Source of the DNA: Anthoceros angustus
Lineage: Eukaryota; Plantae; Anthocerotophyta
Direction: 5' to 3'
Assembly: GCA_010909165.1 (NCBI GenBank)
Contig: MU008195.1
Coordinates: forward strand, 186,001 to 250,000
Length of the DNA: 64,000 bases
Part shown: in pieces, positions 40,801 through 53,905 of the stretch
Layout: every line of letters starts with the position of its first letter
Position numbering within the stretch: position 1 is the stretch's first letter
Made by a program: the position numbers and the translations under genes
Notes under the pieces: generated by a model
Seen by the model: only the letters and a program-made list of their open reading frames with translations
Told to the model about the DNA's origin: nothing
The model's database searches: none

Positions 40801-43057
40801 GATGGGGGAACGGATAGGGCTGGGTAACTTGCATCCCTAGGCTCCAATTCTTTTCTGTGGTTCTTTCTGAAAGTATTGTGGTGACAATATGGCCTGTCAA
40901 AGTGCTAGTGTATATTCCTTAGGACTTAGATACTTGGAGGTGACCTGGCAGCATGTCATTGTGCAGGTTCATATGGTGAAGTTTACCGAGGAGACTGGCA
41001 TGGATCAGTAAGTGCTGACGTTTCTGTTGGGATCACTGCATGGATTTTGATTAGTTTTTCAAACTGATTTTAAGAATCAGCCAGGTTGGAGTTATGAATC
41101 AGAAGTATTTGTTGGTTGCTCTGCTGATGTTGCAGCAATGGCATCGCAGGAAGTCGCAGTAAAAAAGTTTCTGGACCAGGATCTCTCGGGAGATGCGCTT
41201 GAGGAATTCCGAAGTGAGGTGATTTTGACTGACTGGAGATACTTGCAAAGTGAGATGTTTTAGTGGTATAAAGCGACAAACAGTCATGTAAGGTGGTTTC
41301 TGATGAGTGCTTTTGGAAACAGGTCCGGATAATGAGGAGACTGCGGCATCCGAATGTCGTTTTGTTCATGGGAGCTGTTACTAGGGCACCTAATCTGTCG
41401 ATCGTCACAGAGTTCCTGCCCAGGTGATTGAAATGAGTAAATGGGTTGAGACAAAATGCTTACACCTTTGCATGCAGCTAGGTGAGAGCTAGACAAATTT
41501 TGCCGGCTTGAGTAAGTTCACACTTATGCTTGAGTTAGTGGGCAGTAGGAAACCCTGTCTCTTTCTTACACAAAAGTGCTGGGCTTGCAGGGGGAGTTTG
41601 TACAGGTTGATTCACCGTCCCAATAATCAGCTTGATGAAAGAAGACGGCTCCGCATGGCATTGGATGTGGTAAGTTTGTTCTTGGGATCTTGTCAGTAGA
41701 TGCATGAGAGTGGTAGCATATGCAGAGTCAGGTTATTCGCTTTACAGGGTACTCATGTGCCTACTTTTGCAGGCAAAGGGCATGAACTATTTGCACAGCT
41801 GCACCCCTCTTATTGTTCATCGTGATCTTAAGTCGCCCAATTTGCTGGTTGACAAAAACTGGGTTGTCAAGGTACATTTTGTTTTGAGCTTGTCACTGCA
41901 TTATCCTTTTTCATCCTACGTAGCATATTAACTGAGCTGTTTTCTCCATGGCAGGTCTGCGACTTTGGTCTCTCGAGAATGAAACACCACACATTTCTAT
42001 CCTCCAAATCGACAGCTGGAACTGTACAGAGCTAAGCTAGTTGAATTAGGATTTTAGTAATGAGAAGAATATTGTGTGTTTTGACTTGAAGCTGCTGTTA
42101 TTGGAGTTCAGGATTGCTGTGTGCAGTTCAGTGAGTCTCTCCCTTGTGGGTTTTCTAATACGCTGTTAACTTCTACAGCCAGAGTGGATGGCTCCAGAAG
42201 TTCTCAGAAATGAGCCGTCGAATGAGAAGTAAGCTTGTCGCAGTGGATTGCCCCAGTTCTTGACTTGCCTTTGTTGTGAAATTTGTTCTACCTGGCAAAG
42301 CATGCACATCCTTGATTGCGCCTCCTTTTGTGACTAATTTTGGCTGTTTGTTTTTGTGACTGGCCTTGCAGGTCTGATGTATATAGTTTTGGAGTGATAC
42401 TCTGGGAGTTAGCTACCTTACAACAGCCTTGGGCAGGAATGAATCCAATGCAGGTGGTTGGTGCTGTTGGGTTCCAACATCGTCGCCTTGAGATCCCTGA
42501 GCAGATGGACCCTGTGATAGCTCGAGTCATTCGAGAATGCTGGCAAAAGTAAGCTATTTCAATCCCATTGATCTAGGACTGGTGGGGGAACCAGATAGGG
42601 GAGTCAGGGGATCACTCCCTATGGTATGAGAGTGCTGAATGCTTTGTGTTCTCATATTTTTAAGAACGTTATCTCGTTTGTTTGTAAGGCCATATTGCTG
42701 TTGTGTTTTGATGTTTTCTTGCTGTATGAGTTGTGGTTGAGTTCAGTCTTCTCATTATTGCTGTGTGATGGCAGCGATCAAAGCTTGCGGCCCTCATTCG
42801 TGCAGTTGATGAATGCACTTAAGCCTTTGCAAAGGCCCATTCTTGCGACTCAACCTGACTCTCTAAGACACACTCCAACAGCTTGTCTGGTTCAGAAACC
42901 GCCGCAGCAACAACTACTTCTGCAGCAGCAGGCTGCCAGACCACGGTCTGCCAGACAAGATGTGAACAACAGAGTGTTCCCTGGTCAGATATTGTTGAAC
43001 AACAGATTGGATGCTGGTAGGGGTATTGCTTTTAAAGACATTCAGCTTGCCCCTTGA
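37891..43057 (+). CDS. EDR1: Raf-like MAPKKK, group B3 (EDR1/CTR1-like), multi-exon
   Basis: Starts [15 protein letters not shown]1 domain: [55 protein letters not shown]. Kinase: GERIGLG|[46 protein letters not shown]|PEWMAPE, SDVYSFG. Confidence 0.94.
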
Positions 43058-44112
43058 GCTCGAGAATTTTTTCTAACACCTTCTCATGAAGTATATATTG
43101 ATGAGGTTGATAAAAATTCGAAATCTGTGATTTGGTAATGTCACCATGCACTATAACTTGTTGCAACTTGTAGATCAAATTGCGTCGCACGATTGCATGT
43201 ACTCAGATCCATCGTTGGTGGAGTGTAAACCTAAGGTATAATCGGACCGCAGAACGAAAGTCCAGGACGCCCTGAGCTTGCATTCGACCCTACACGATGA
43301 AGCACCGGGAACCCCAGCTCCATCCAAGCAGATTGATGACGCTGCCATGAAGGCCAGGAAATACGGATGTCCTCTCATGGGGAGGTGCTTTTGGTGAGCC
43401 TGCGGATCAGAAACGCGCCACCTAAGAGGCACACATTCTTGACCACTAACTAATCTGCGCACCATGCGCCCGCTATTTGGTGGAGCGGGCCTCCGCTTCC
43501 CAATCCCCCGACGGACCGCCTTCAAGACTTCCATTGCTGGACGGTGTAGGCCTGTCACAGACCATCTCGGCGCATCTGATGGCAGCTGCTCGCAACCTGG
43601 ATCCTACTACCGCAGCTAGAATGTCCGGCCCACTCTTACACTCCTGGCTGCAACCCGATCCAGCCCACTGCCAATTGCGTCCGCGTCACGCAGATGCCTC
43701 ACCCTGCTGCCTACACTGCGAAATTAACCGGGACGGCCTAAACGGTTTGCACTTGTTCGACCAGAAGGCTATGCACAGCAAAAAGCAGAGAGCATACGCA
43801 GGTAAAAAGGGCGCACACCAAAGGCCATTTCGGACGTTCCACTGATGTCTGTCCACGCCCAGAGTCTACAATTCGCCCCAGTGCCCTACAGACCCTGCTG
43901 CCTGCGTACAGTCTGCAGGTCCCTCCTGCGCTGCAAATTCACCTACCCGGCAGAACACCTATCACTATCTCGTTTCTGAATTTGATATGCATAGCTTCAG
44001 GCAAAGCACATACCTATGCCTGACGAAGCAATGCATACCACCTAGTTCCTCCCTCGCTCCTTGCTTCCTGTCCCATTTTCCATGTTCAAAAAGCGGACGT
44101 GGCGGGGCGAGG

Positions 44113-45432
44113 ATGGAGACGCTGGGCTGGTGCTGGTCCGGCAACGCCTACCCATATTGTCGGGCCCTGACGCCCCCTGAGCACAGAGCAATTGCGTATA
44201 CAGGACAAAGCAGGCCTAGGGTTTGCCGATTCCATGTGCTGACGGACATCGCCAAGCATGAAGACCATTTCCGTCCCTATCCCAGGGGAGCACGGGGCCG
44301 GGCTCAGCGGGCTCCCGGTCCCATGGCCGTGAGAGCCGACTCGGAGAAGCGGCTGCAGCAGGAGGTGGAGCTGGATTGCGTGGGGACTGGCGCGGATGTG
44401 GAGTGCCTGGTCCGCCCAGGGGCAGAGGAGGGGGAGAAGGTGGAGCTGGATGGAGCTAGCACCAGCACCAGCACCAGCACCAGGGGGGATGTGGATGTGG
44501 AGTCGGCGTCTGAGCTGCTGGAGAAAGTGCTGGACACGGCGCTGCTCATCTCGCCCTTCTTCTTCTGGGGCACGGCCATGGTGGCCATGAAGGACGTGCT
44601 GCCCAAGGCCGGCCCGCTCTTCGTGGCGGCCACCAGGCTGATCCCCTCGGGGGCTTTGCTGGTAGGGTTCGCGGCCTCGAAGGGGAGGAAGCAGCCGGCG
44701 GGGGCGCAGGCCTGGCTTGCAATCGCGCTCTTCGGGCTGGTGGACGCCGCCTGCTTCCAGGGTTTCCTGGTGGAGGGTTTGAGGAAGACCAGCGCGGGGC
44801 TGGGCAGCGTAATCATCGACTCGCAGCCGCTCACGGTGGCGGTGCTGGCGGCTCTCCTGTTCGGTGAGAGCATCGGGCCGGTCGGGGCTGCGGGGTTGGC
44901 GACTGGGGTGGCCGGGCTTTTGCTGCTGGAGGTCCCCCCGGAGGCGCTCCAGGGCGGGCTCAGGCTGAGCCTGGATCCGGGATGGAATTTGTGGGAGAGC
45001 GGGGAGTGGTGGATGCTGCTGGCGGCGCAGAGCATGGCGGTGGGGACTGTCATGGTGCGCTGGGTGTGCAAGTACTCGGACCCCGTCATGGCCACGGGAT
45101 GGCACATGATCCTGGGAGGGCTGCCGCTGCTAGTCCTGTCGGCGGCACAGCATGACCCCGCTTTGAGTGGGGGGTTGCAGGAGCTCCTACCTTCCGACTG
45201 GGCTGCGCTGGTGTACACCTCCGTGTTCGGCAGCGCCGTCAGCTACGGTGTCTTCTTCTACAACGCCACGCGAGGTAGTCTCACCACGCTCAGCTCTCTC
45301 ACCTTCCTCACCCCCATGTTCGCTGCCCTCTTCGGGTACCTCTTCCTGCACGAGACTCTCACCCCTTTGCAGCTGTTTGGAGCCACTGTCACTCTGGCTG
45401 CCATCTACATGGTGAATGTCAAGCAGTCCTGA
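44113..45432 (+). CDS. EamA/DMT-family (WAT1-related) transporter, probably plastid-targeted, single exon
   Basis: Transit-like N-terminus and ELDCVGTGADVEC. Then SPFFFWGTAMVAMK, FQGFLVEGL..TSAGLGSVIIDSQPLTVA, MLLAAQSMAVGTVMVRWV and LTFLTPMFAALFG, with multiple hydrophobic segments. Start codon uncertain (43987 or 44113). Confidence 0.92.
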   Translation: METLGWCWSGNAYPYCRALTPPEHRAIAYTGQSRPRVCRFHVLTDIAKHEDHFRPYPRGARGRAQRAPGPMAVRADSEKRLQQEVELDCVGTGADVECLVRPGAEEGEKVELDGASTSTSTSTRGDVDVESASELLEKVLDTALLISPFFFWGTAMVAMKDVLPKAGPLFVAATRLIPSGALLVGFAASKGRKQPAGAQAWLAIALFGLVDAACFQGFLVEGLRKTSAGLGSVIIDSQPLTVAVLAALLFGESIGPVGAAGLATGVAGLLLLEVPPEALQGGLRLSLDPGWNLWESGEWWMLLAAQSMAVGTVMVRWVCKYSDPVMATGWHMILGGLPLLVLSAAQHDPALSGGLQELLPSDWAALVYTSVFGSAVSYGVFFYNATRGSLTTLSSLTFLTPMFAALFGYLFLHETLTPLQLFGATVTLAAIYMVNVKQS

Positions 45433-45749
45433 TTGGGTTTGGAGCTGCTCTTTTTGCCCCTTAGCCGTGGCCATGGAGGAGCTAGTATCATGTACTAAAG
45501 CTATGGCAGAGCTAGTATCATGTACTAGGCTATGGCAACTGACTGCTTCAGGTGCAGCACGTCTCTATCCTCTCCTTCCTTTCCCTGGAGATTCCTGTAT
45601 ATAGTCTCCACTTCAAGCTGCTGTCTTGATTGTATCTACTCTATTGCGGTATGCAGCCAAGGATTATGAAGTGCCCTTACCCGACTCTATGAGCATTACC
45701 GGAACAAAACAAACCACAATTGGAGAGAGCCTTTATTAATCTATTAATG

Positions 45750-47900
45750 AATGAAGAATGGATGGAAGAATGCATGGAAGGTTAAGAAGTGTTCTCAACC
45801 CGAAGTACCTCATGTTTGCGAGGATGCAAGTAGGTCAAGAGGGGAATATGATGTTTGCAAGGATGCAAGCAGATTAGGAGGGGAGTATGTAGAACGCAAA
45901 GGAGGGGAGTATGATGTTTGCAAGGACGCAAGCAGGTCAGGAGGGGAGTATGTGAAACGCAAAAGAGGGGGAGTATGTGAAACGCAAAAGTTTGGGCTAC
46001 GGGGTTAAGTGAAGACATGCGAGAAACTTTTTTGCTCCGCTTGAAGCTGGAGTTGTAGGACCCTGGAGGTAGAGAGGATATGCAAGAAAAAAAGAAATGG
46101 GTCGAAATGACCTTCTGGTGAGGAGAAAAGGTAACCTACATGAGTAGTAGCAGAAACTCCTACCACGGTAAGCGCAGATACGAGTATAGCCTATCATTGT
46201 AGGAGAGTGGTCCAGCTAGCGTTTTGATCAGCTACCGATGTAGGAGTAGCTCCTACCACGTAGGAGCGTGGTAGAGGGAGCCTACTATAGTGAGACTAAC
46301 TCTTACCGTAGTAGGAGAGGAGTGACTAACTCCTACCGTGGTAGGAGAATGTCCTACCACCATAGGAAACAGGTTGCTAAGGAAGGAAGCCTATGTTTTA
46401 GGAAGGATAAGTGTGGGCTACGGACTTCCCTTGGGGGTTAGGAAATAAGTGGGGTTTTGTTTTTTTTCGTAGGTCCGAAGAGTAAAATAAGGCGGAAAAG
46501 GAGGAATAAGCGACGGCTTCGGATCAGGTTCGGAGTATACTCCGACCGGAGTGGGTAACGGACCCCGGTACCACTACGACGAGCTACGGACTGCGCACCA
46601 GGGTATTGGGATAAGTCCGGACCCCACTCCGGGTCAAAACAGGATAAGTACGCTAGGGAAAGTAATTTAGAAGATGAGTCGTGAAGTTAGACTGAGCGGC
46701 GCCACGTGGACGGCCCCGAGTGGAGGTCGGGCATGCGCAGTAGACTGACTGCTGGGGCCAGGCGGGTATTCACGCCCGCGACCGGCAACAGAAGGCCGAG
46801 TACGCGCGCGTAAGGCCGCAGTAAGCCATGCACTCGCGCTATTGATGGGGAAGGCACCTCCGCCCGCCGTTACTCCAACGGCACCGACGAGGAGGGTCAT
46901 TTCGGCGACTGAGACTCGCAGCTCTCGCGCCCGCAACCCCGCCCTCGGCGCTATCTCCGAACGCCAGCATTCGCTGCTCACCGCTGGGTTGGAGCAACAA
47001 ATCAAGAGGGCGATCGCACTGCCCCGACAATCGCAAAGGAGAAAAGGTAACCTACATGAGTAGTAGCAAACTCCTACCACGGTGGCGCAGATACGAGTAT
47101 AGCCTATCATTGTAGGAGTGGTCCAGCTAGCGTTTGATCAGCTACGATGTAGGAGTAGCTCCTACCACGAGGAGCGTGGTAGAGGGGAGCCTACTATAGT
47201 GAGACTAACTCTTACCGTAGTAGGAGAGGAGTGACTAACTCCTACCGTGGTAGGAGAATGTCCCTACCACCATAGGAAACAAAGTTGCTAAGGAAGGAAG
47301 CCTATGTTTTAGGAAGGATAAGTGTGGGCTACTGGACTTTGGGGGTTAGGAATAAGTGGGGTTTTGTTTTTTCGTAGGTCCAAGAGTAAAATAAGGCGGA
47401 AAAGGAGGAATAAGCGCAGACGTGCTCGGGGATGCTCCGAGTATACTCCGACCGGAGTGGTAACGGACCCCGGTACCACGACGAGCTACGGATCGCGCAC
47501 CGGGTATCGGATAAGTCCGGACCCCACTCCGGTCAAAAGCAGGATAAATACGAGAAAGTAATTTAGAAGATGAGTCGTGAAGACGGTGGCGGGCGCCACG
47601 TGGGCGGCCACGAGTGGAGGTCGGGCATCGGCAGGGGCCGTACCGAGGCCGTTATAGCGGTATTCACGCCCGGGGATGCGGCAGCGTAAGGCAGTCTGTG
47701 GCGTAAGGCCGCAGTAAGCCATGCGGAGGAGGCGGGAGGATCCTGTGAGGAGAAAAGGTAACCTACATGAGTAGTAGCGAAACTCCTACCACGAGGAGCG
47801 TCATTTCTCATGCGACCTCGAGACAATTCTCGCGATCTCTTGCGCTCGCAACCCCGCCCTCGGCGCTATCTCCGGCATCTTGGCAGCTCACGTTGGGGGT
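45750..47900. repeat. Retrotransposon-derived repeat block with ~0.7-0.9 kb tandem units
   Basis: GGAGAAAAGGTAACCTACATGAGTAGTAGC recurs at ~46122, ~47038 and ~47748. 46130-46700 matches 47040-47600. 45960-46170 matches 52780-53045. Short GGAGGGGAGTATG repeats at 45830-45980. Confidence 0.85.
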
Positions 47901-50471
47901 TGGAGCGTGACGCGTGAGGCGCATCGTGCCGGTCTCGGACAATCGATCTGGAGAAAGGAGAAGAAGGCGATGGGACCCAAGAAGGTCATGGAGGTATGGG
48001 AGCCATGGAACCCGTAGAGCGCAACATTGTAACCCGCGCTATCCGGACTTTGGGCCGTACGGAGGAGGCGGGAGGATTGGTCAAGAGTGGCACCTAGACG
48101 TGTTCCAGTCGTCTGACATTTGATGACCTGGTCCGGGAGTTCGCCGGAAGATGTTGGCGGCCAACAAGGAGGTTCGATCCAAGAACCTCCGGAGGATCCT
48201 GTGAGGTGGACCTTGAGGTCCCGAGGGCGGCTTACAACCGCCCAATGAGGAGGTTGGGGCGAGTCCCAACCCCTCAAGGCGAGGGGAAGATAGAGGCGAA
48301 GGGCGCGAAGTCTAACACAGCACAACAACCAACGGTGGTTGATGCCTGACCACCGGACAGGTGAGGGCAAGTCGGGATCATTGTCCATCGGAACTTGCTC
48401 ACCAAGGTGGATCACCTTGGTGATAATTTATTGGTGTTCCCGCATGCAGCAGGGCAAGAGGGCGATCGGGAAGGATCATCTTCGCCAGTTCACCAGAGGC
48501 CCACAAGCCGAGGAGCGAGAAGCCACCTCCGCTGTGACTATCCCCATACCCGATCCATGTGGGGACATTACGACCTCAAGGATGGGGAAGTAGAGCGGCG
48601 CCCGAAAGGGTTGGCGGCCCTACGAGCGAGGCGGGCAAAGGCGCCCGAGGTAGAGGCCCGACCCCTAGGGCCAAACGGGTCCGGAGGAGGACGATCGAGG
48701 GATACCGACCATACCTGAACGGACCCCTCACCACCTAGGGAAGTGTGGAAGATATCCCCGCTTCCTCCTCTTGGTGCCTCACGAGTGGCAAGAGGCGAGG
48801 AGGCGGGCAAAGGCGCCTGAGGTAGAGGCCCGACCCCTAGGGCCAAGGAGGAGCCCCGACGAACTCGCCGGCAATCAAGAGGCGAAGAGGCGGTGCCACC
48901 CGCCAACGCAAAGACTGACGGTGCTCAGGTTTTGCCCCCGCCCCACGAGTGGCAAGAGGTCAAGAGGCGGTGAGAAGGGCGAAGGGACGCCGCCAAGGAG
49001 CAGGAGGTCACCGCAAAGAACCCCACTGAGCCGGGTCCTGCCGACCGGGAGAGGCAAGGGGCCCCGAACCCCTCACCCTCCGAGCCCTGTGACTAAGAGG
49101 GCTAATAAGGAATTGGCGGCCAAGAGGGCCAAGGAGGTGAAGCTTGACCTCAAGATCAGACCTAAGGGACCCGATTAGGTCCGAGAGCCCCGACGAACTC
49201 GCCGGCAATCAAGAGGCGAGGAGGTGGACCTTGGAGGTCCTTGGCGGACCGTGAGATGCCCGCCCCACTACGGACTTTTGGGGCCTCACCCACGGCAAAT
49301 GGAAGAGACACGGCAGTCCGCCATGGACGGTATGCTCTGGGGTCTCTGCGGGACAGCCGAGAAGACCCAGGAGGTGGAAGCCACAAGGAGGCGCATGGTG
49401 CTCCTCCAGGAGCAATTGGAGGCGGCCCAGGAGGCGAGGAGGAAGGCGGAAGCTCTCGGCCGCATCGAAGAAGGGAAACGCCGGGAGGCCGAAAGAGAAG
49501 TCTGGTCCATTCGACAGACTGACTAAATTCCTTCACCGGTGGAGGAGGCGAGGAGGCGAGGAGGCCCAAGCGGGGTCAAGACCTCCGCAGTGAGAGGGGT
49601 AGCGCAGAAGGAGGCGAGGAGGCGAGGAGGCGAGGAGGCGAGGAGGCGAGGAGGCGAGGAGGCGAGGAGGCGAGGAGGCGAGGAGGCGAGGAGGCGAGGA
49701 GGCGAGGAGGCGATGGAACAAGGAGGTTCGATCCAAGAACCTCCGGAGGAGGCGATGGAACAAGGAGGCGGAGGAGGCGGAGGATACTGCAACTCAAGAC
49801 GAGCAGGAGGCGAGGAGGAGGTAAGGCGATGGAACAAGGAGCAGACGCCGAAATGGAGAAGGACTGACGAAAGCACGCAACGGGCAGAGTTGCCCGACCG
49901 TCTGGAGAGGAGATGGCGAGCTAAAGGCCGTGATGAACGGGAGCGAGAGCACGGAGGAGGCGATGGAACAAGGAGGCGAGGAGGAAGGCGGAAGGGAGCG
50001 TTATGGCGGTGTAAGCCGGCAGCAGAGCGAAACGACGGAGGAGGTGGAAGCCACAAGGAGGCGAGGAGGCGAGGAGGTGACCGAGGCGGCCCTTGTGGCC
50101 TCGCGAGATTCGGCCCGACTCAGCCGAACACAGGGGAGATGGTCCAAAGGGACAAAGACGCCTCCGAGCACCAATGGCGAAGGAGTATCGGTGCTCCGGC
50201 ACATGTGGAAGAGGCAATCCAAAGAAATTGACTCGGATTTTGCCTACTACCACGCCGAGCTCCTTAAGGCATTGAAGCCTCTCGCCCGCTACAACGGACG
50301 GACCCCAAGGCTCAAGGGGATGAAGGACATGGGGACAAAGACGGACCCTAGTGGCCTGTGAGGTGGAAGCCACAAGGAGGCGGGGAGAAGAGCCTCGGGG
50401 AGCAGACGCCACACAACGGACCTCAGGGTAAGTCCACCGCAACCTGCCCGGGAGGATAGAGAGGGGGGCCC
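47900..50471 (+). mobile_element. Degenerate LTR-retrotransposon 3' internal region (coiled-coil accessory ORF remnants) ending in a polypurine tract
   Basis: Fragmented E/A/R-rich ORFs (EVEATRRRMVLLQEQLEAAQEARR). PPT-like GGAGGATAGAGAGGGGGG at ~50451-50468 immediately before the LTR. Confidence 0.6.
49608..49712. repeat. (GAGGAGGC)n 8-bp microsatellite
   Basis: About 12 tandem copies, read directly. Confidence 0.95.
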
Positions 50472-51510
50472 TGAAAGGGGCGCGGAAGGAGGAAATCAAC
50501 CCGACCCAAGACAAGGGTCGGTGGGTGGGGATGCGGGCCTAGCAGGAGGTGGTCCGCAGATAAGGGGTCCGGAGCTTGGGGACCGGACCCCGGTAATAAG
50601 TTCGGACCCTGAGGTCCGAACCCCGGAGATGAGACCGGACCCGGCAGACCGGACTCGGGAAATAAGGAAGACTCCCGAAGTTCAGACTCCGGAGTCGAGA
50701 CCGGACCCCGAGGTCCGGACTCAGGAAGCAAGGAGGAGTCCCCTCCGACTTACGCCGGGGAGCACGGTGGCCCCTCGAGGGACCCACCGGGGCCGTGGAA
50801 GACGTTGGTAACGGTCGCCGACCGCCGAGCCCAACCCGGCTGTGATTCCGGAAGAGGAAGGGGTCCGCCGCGGATCATCCGATTGCGCGCAACCCGGTGA
50901 CGGAGATTGACCACCAATACCGAGACGGAACCTGTGACCTTCCTGTGCCCACCGCCGACGAAGGAGATAGGAGGAGGAATAGGATGGTAGGTGGCCGACA
51001 TGCATCGAAATGGCCACCACCGTAATAGGGTGTAATAAAGACGCCGACTTGGGCGAGTATAAGAGGGCCGAGGCCGCTCAATAAATCATCTTCTCTTGGT
51101 GTTGATGCCGCTTTCACGACCTTTGTGTGTCTTCATGCTAACGTGAGTCTTGAGTCACTGAGCAGCAATGACCAGATCGATCAAGGTCCCGTGACGACCC
51201 TAACGTGTGGTGGTGTGTGCGGGAAGAGCGACGGACCCATTTTCATCGCAGGCCGCCCGGCCGAGCGGACCGAACGTGTGAGCCGGAGGAACTCCGGAGG
51301 GCGGGTGAGCCGGACGAGAGGCCCGCTGAGCAACGGAGGAGGTCCGGATCGTAGCTACTTGCGTTCTTTCCAAGGTTGATGAGCGAGTGAGAGTGATGAG
51401 AAGGACGGACTAAAGGAACGAGTGACGAGCGTGAACGATACGGACGCAAACGGGTCCTTAAACGTTTGGCCACACCGGGCCTGTTCGGTGAACGTTATGA
51501 GTAGTTAGAC
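50472..51510 (+). repeat. LTR copy (same family as 6512-7682), 3'-truncated
   Basis: Starts TGA after the PPT. Shares the CCGGAC repeats, CGACTTACGC, GGGTGTAATAAAGACGCC and TCTCTTGGTGTTGATGCCG with the left-hand copies. Confidence 0.8.
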
Positions 51511-51829
51511 GCAAAACGACGCTATATATGGGGTCTTTAAGTGGACTAGATAAATCGGCCAGAATAGGAAAATAGGTAAATAGAGTTCACTTTTGGGCAA
51601 TTAAAAATTAGGAAGAAATAGTTAAATAGGAAAATAGCCTTGGAGCCTAAGTACACTTAGGAACCTTTCATCAACGATGGAGAAGGTGCCACATGGCACG
51701 CATCCAAGAATGAGGTAGAATGGCAGTTACTTTCTCTAACCATGGCTGACTCATAAAAGTGACTGCAAGTGTCTGTACAAGGCCACGGCTTCGAAAACCC
51801 AAGGAAGCGCCAACACTGCAGGACGGCGC

Positions 51830-53905
51830 CGCCATCATCCAAGCAGTGGAGGATGCCTACACCCCATCACACTGTACACGCGCCCGTGTCAAGGTGAAGG
51901 GGGAGTGCATGAGCTCAGCAGAGAGATGAAAATCCGCCAGGCACTAAGAGAAAGCGTAGGGAGGAGAAAGGGAGGAAGACCAAGAAGAAGGAGGCTGGGG
52001 CGCAACCCAACACCTGCCAAGCTCGTGAGGGTGTCTAGAAGGGTGGAGTGTGGCAGGATTGGAACGAAACCGTGAAGGAAGAGCTTCCAAATTACTGTGG
52101 CAAGTGTAAGAGTCTGTGGGACATTTGCTGAGAGATTTCCTTTGTAACTCACAACTGGAGGAGTTTGGGGTTTGGAAGAGCCAAGGTGTAAGGGCCAAGT
52201 GATTGAGAGCAAGAGCAAGGTCCAAGGCGTGTAGGTGCAAACTGCCAAGAAGGAAAAATGCCTACCGTGGTAGGAAACTGGCAATTGGTGTAATAGTCGC
52301 AAGAGAATCACTCTTTTTTCTCAATTTTGTGCAGGAACTAAACAATGAAGCCATGACTAAGCCTACCACGGTGAAGGGCAAGGAGGTGGTTGCCAAGGCT
52401 GGGACACCCACCGAGGGAGGTAGCGCAGGAAAGGACAAAAAGTCTAAGGTAGGAGGTGCAGGCTCCGAGGGATGGAAGTTGGATATGCCGCAATTTACAT
52501 GCTTTGCAAGTCAAGTATCTTCAAGGGACCTTGCAGATTTCAAGCCGTGGGCGGCGGACGAAAACATCCAGTTGGAATGGGCATATAGAAGACACTGGTC
52601 TTACACCAACTTGGAAATTGATTGAAGAATGTTTTGTTAACTTACACCAAACGAGGAAGAACTAGCTGCCTTGCCAAACAGGAACGCAAGGACAGACCCA
52701 CGGTGTTGGACGGTGAGAAGTATAAGGCAAGTATATGGCAGGCCGGATACTGAAGATAGTGGGATCACCCTTATGGAAGTGTGGAACACAAAAGTTTGGG
52801 CAACTGGCTCAAGTTAGTTTTTTTGAAACAGGCCCAAATTCTTTTGCTAGAAATGGTTTGGTGAAGACATGCAAGAAACATTTTTGTTCCTTTTTGAGCT
52901 GGAGTTGTAGGACCCTGTTGGGAAGGCGGATGACATATGCAAGGAAAAAGAAACGGGTCGAAACTACCTTCTGGTGAGGAGAAAAGGTAAACTACATGAG
53001 TGGTAGGAGGTGTCCTACCACCGTAGGAGAAACTCCTACCACGGTAAACGTGGGTAGGGGAGATCCTACCACCGTAGGAGAATGACCTTGCTAGTCCCTT
53101 CCATCCCTCAGAGCTTGCACCTCCTACCCTAGACTTTGTCCTTTCCTGTGCTATCTCCCTTGGTGGGTGTCCCAGCCTTAGCAACCACCTCCTTGCCCAA
53201 AATTGAGAAAAAGGAGTGCTTCTCTTGCGACTATTACACCAATTGTCAGCTTCCTACTACGGTAGGCATTTTTCCTTCTTGGCAGTTTGCACCTATTCAC
53301 CAAGCCTTGGACCTTGCTCTTGCTCTCAATCACTGGCCCTTACACCTTGGCTATTCCAAACCCCAACTCCTCCTGTTGTGAGTTGCAAAGGAAATCTCTC
53401 ACCAAATGTCCCACAAACTCTTACCCTTGCCACAGCAATTTGGAAGCTCTTCCTTCATGATTTCGTTCCAATCCTACCACGTTCCACCCTTCTAGACACC
53501 CTCACGAGCTTGGCAAGTGTTGGGTTGCGCCCCAACCTCCTTCTTCTTGGTCTTCCTCCCTTTTTCCTCCCTGCGCTTTCTCTTGGTGCCTGGTAGATTT
53601 TCATCTCTCCGATGAGCTCACGCCCTCCCCCTTCACCTTGACACGGGCACGTGTACGGCACGATGGGGCGTAGGCGTCCTCCACTGCTTGGATGATGGCG
53701 GCGCCATCATCCAAGCAGTGTGCAAGGAGTCAGTGGCCTTATACTTCTCACCGTCCAACACCGTGGGTCCATCCTTGCGTTCCTGTCTGGCAAGGTAGCC
53801 AGTTCTTCCTCTGTTTGGTGTAAGTTAACAAAACATTCTTCAATCAATTCCAAGTTGGTGTAAGACCAATGTCTTCCATATGCCCATTCCAACTGGATGT
53901 TCCCG
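51830..53905. repeat. Inverted duplication of a retroelement accessory region
   Basis: 51830-52500 is the reverse complement of ~53090-53705, and 52560-52730 of ~53735-53903 (NIQLEWAY..HWSYTNLE is encoded on both strands). A third, direct partial copy lies at 57762-58163. Confidence 0.9.

Noticed and set aside
43175-43845. Possible small gene between the Raf kinase and EamA
   Set aside because: Only short ORFs on both strands, with no recognisable motif or convincing exon chain.
44086-45218. Long antisense ORFs (339 and 304 aa)
   Set aside because: Shadow ORFs of the GC3-rich EamA coding strand with no recognisable motifs.
49523-50231. Repetitive proteins (EEARRRGG / LASSPPRL repeats)
   Set aside because: Translation of the 8-bp microsatellite inside a retroelement.
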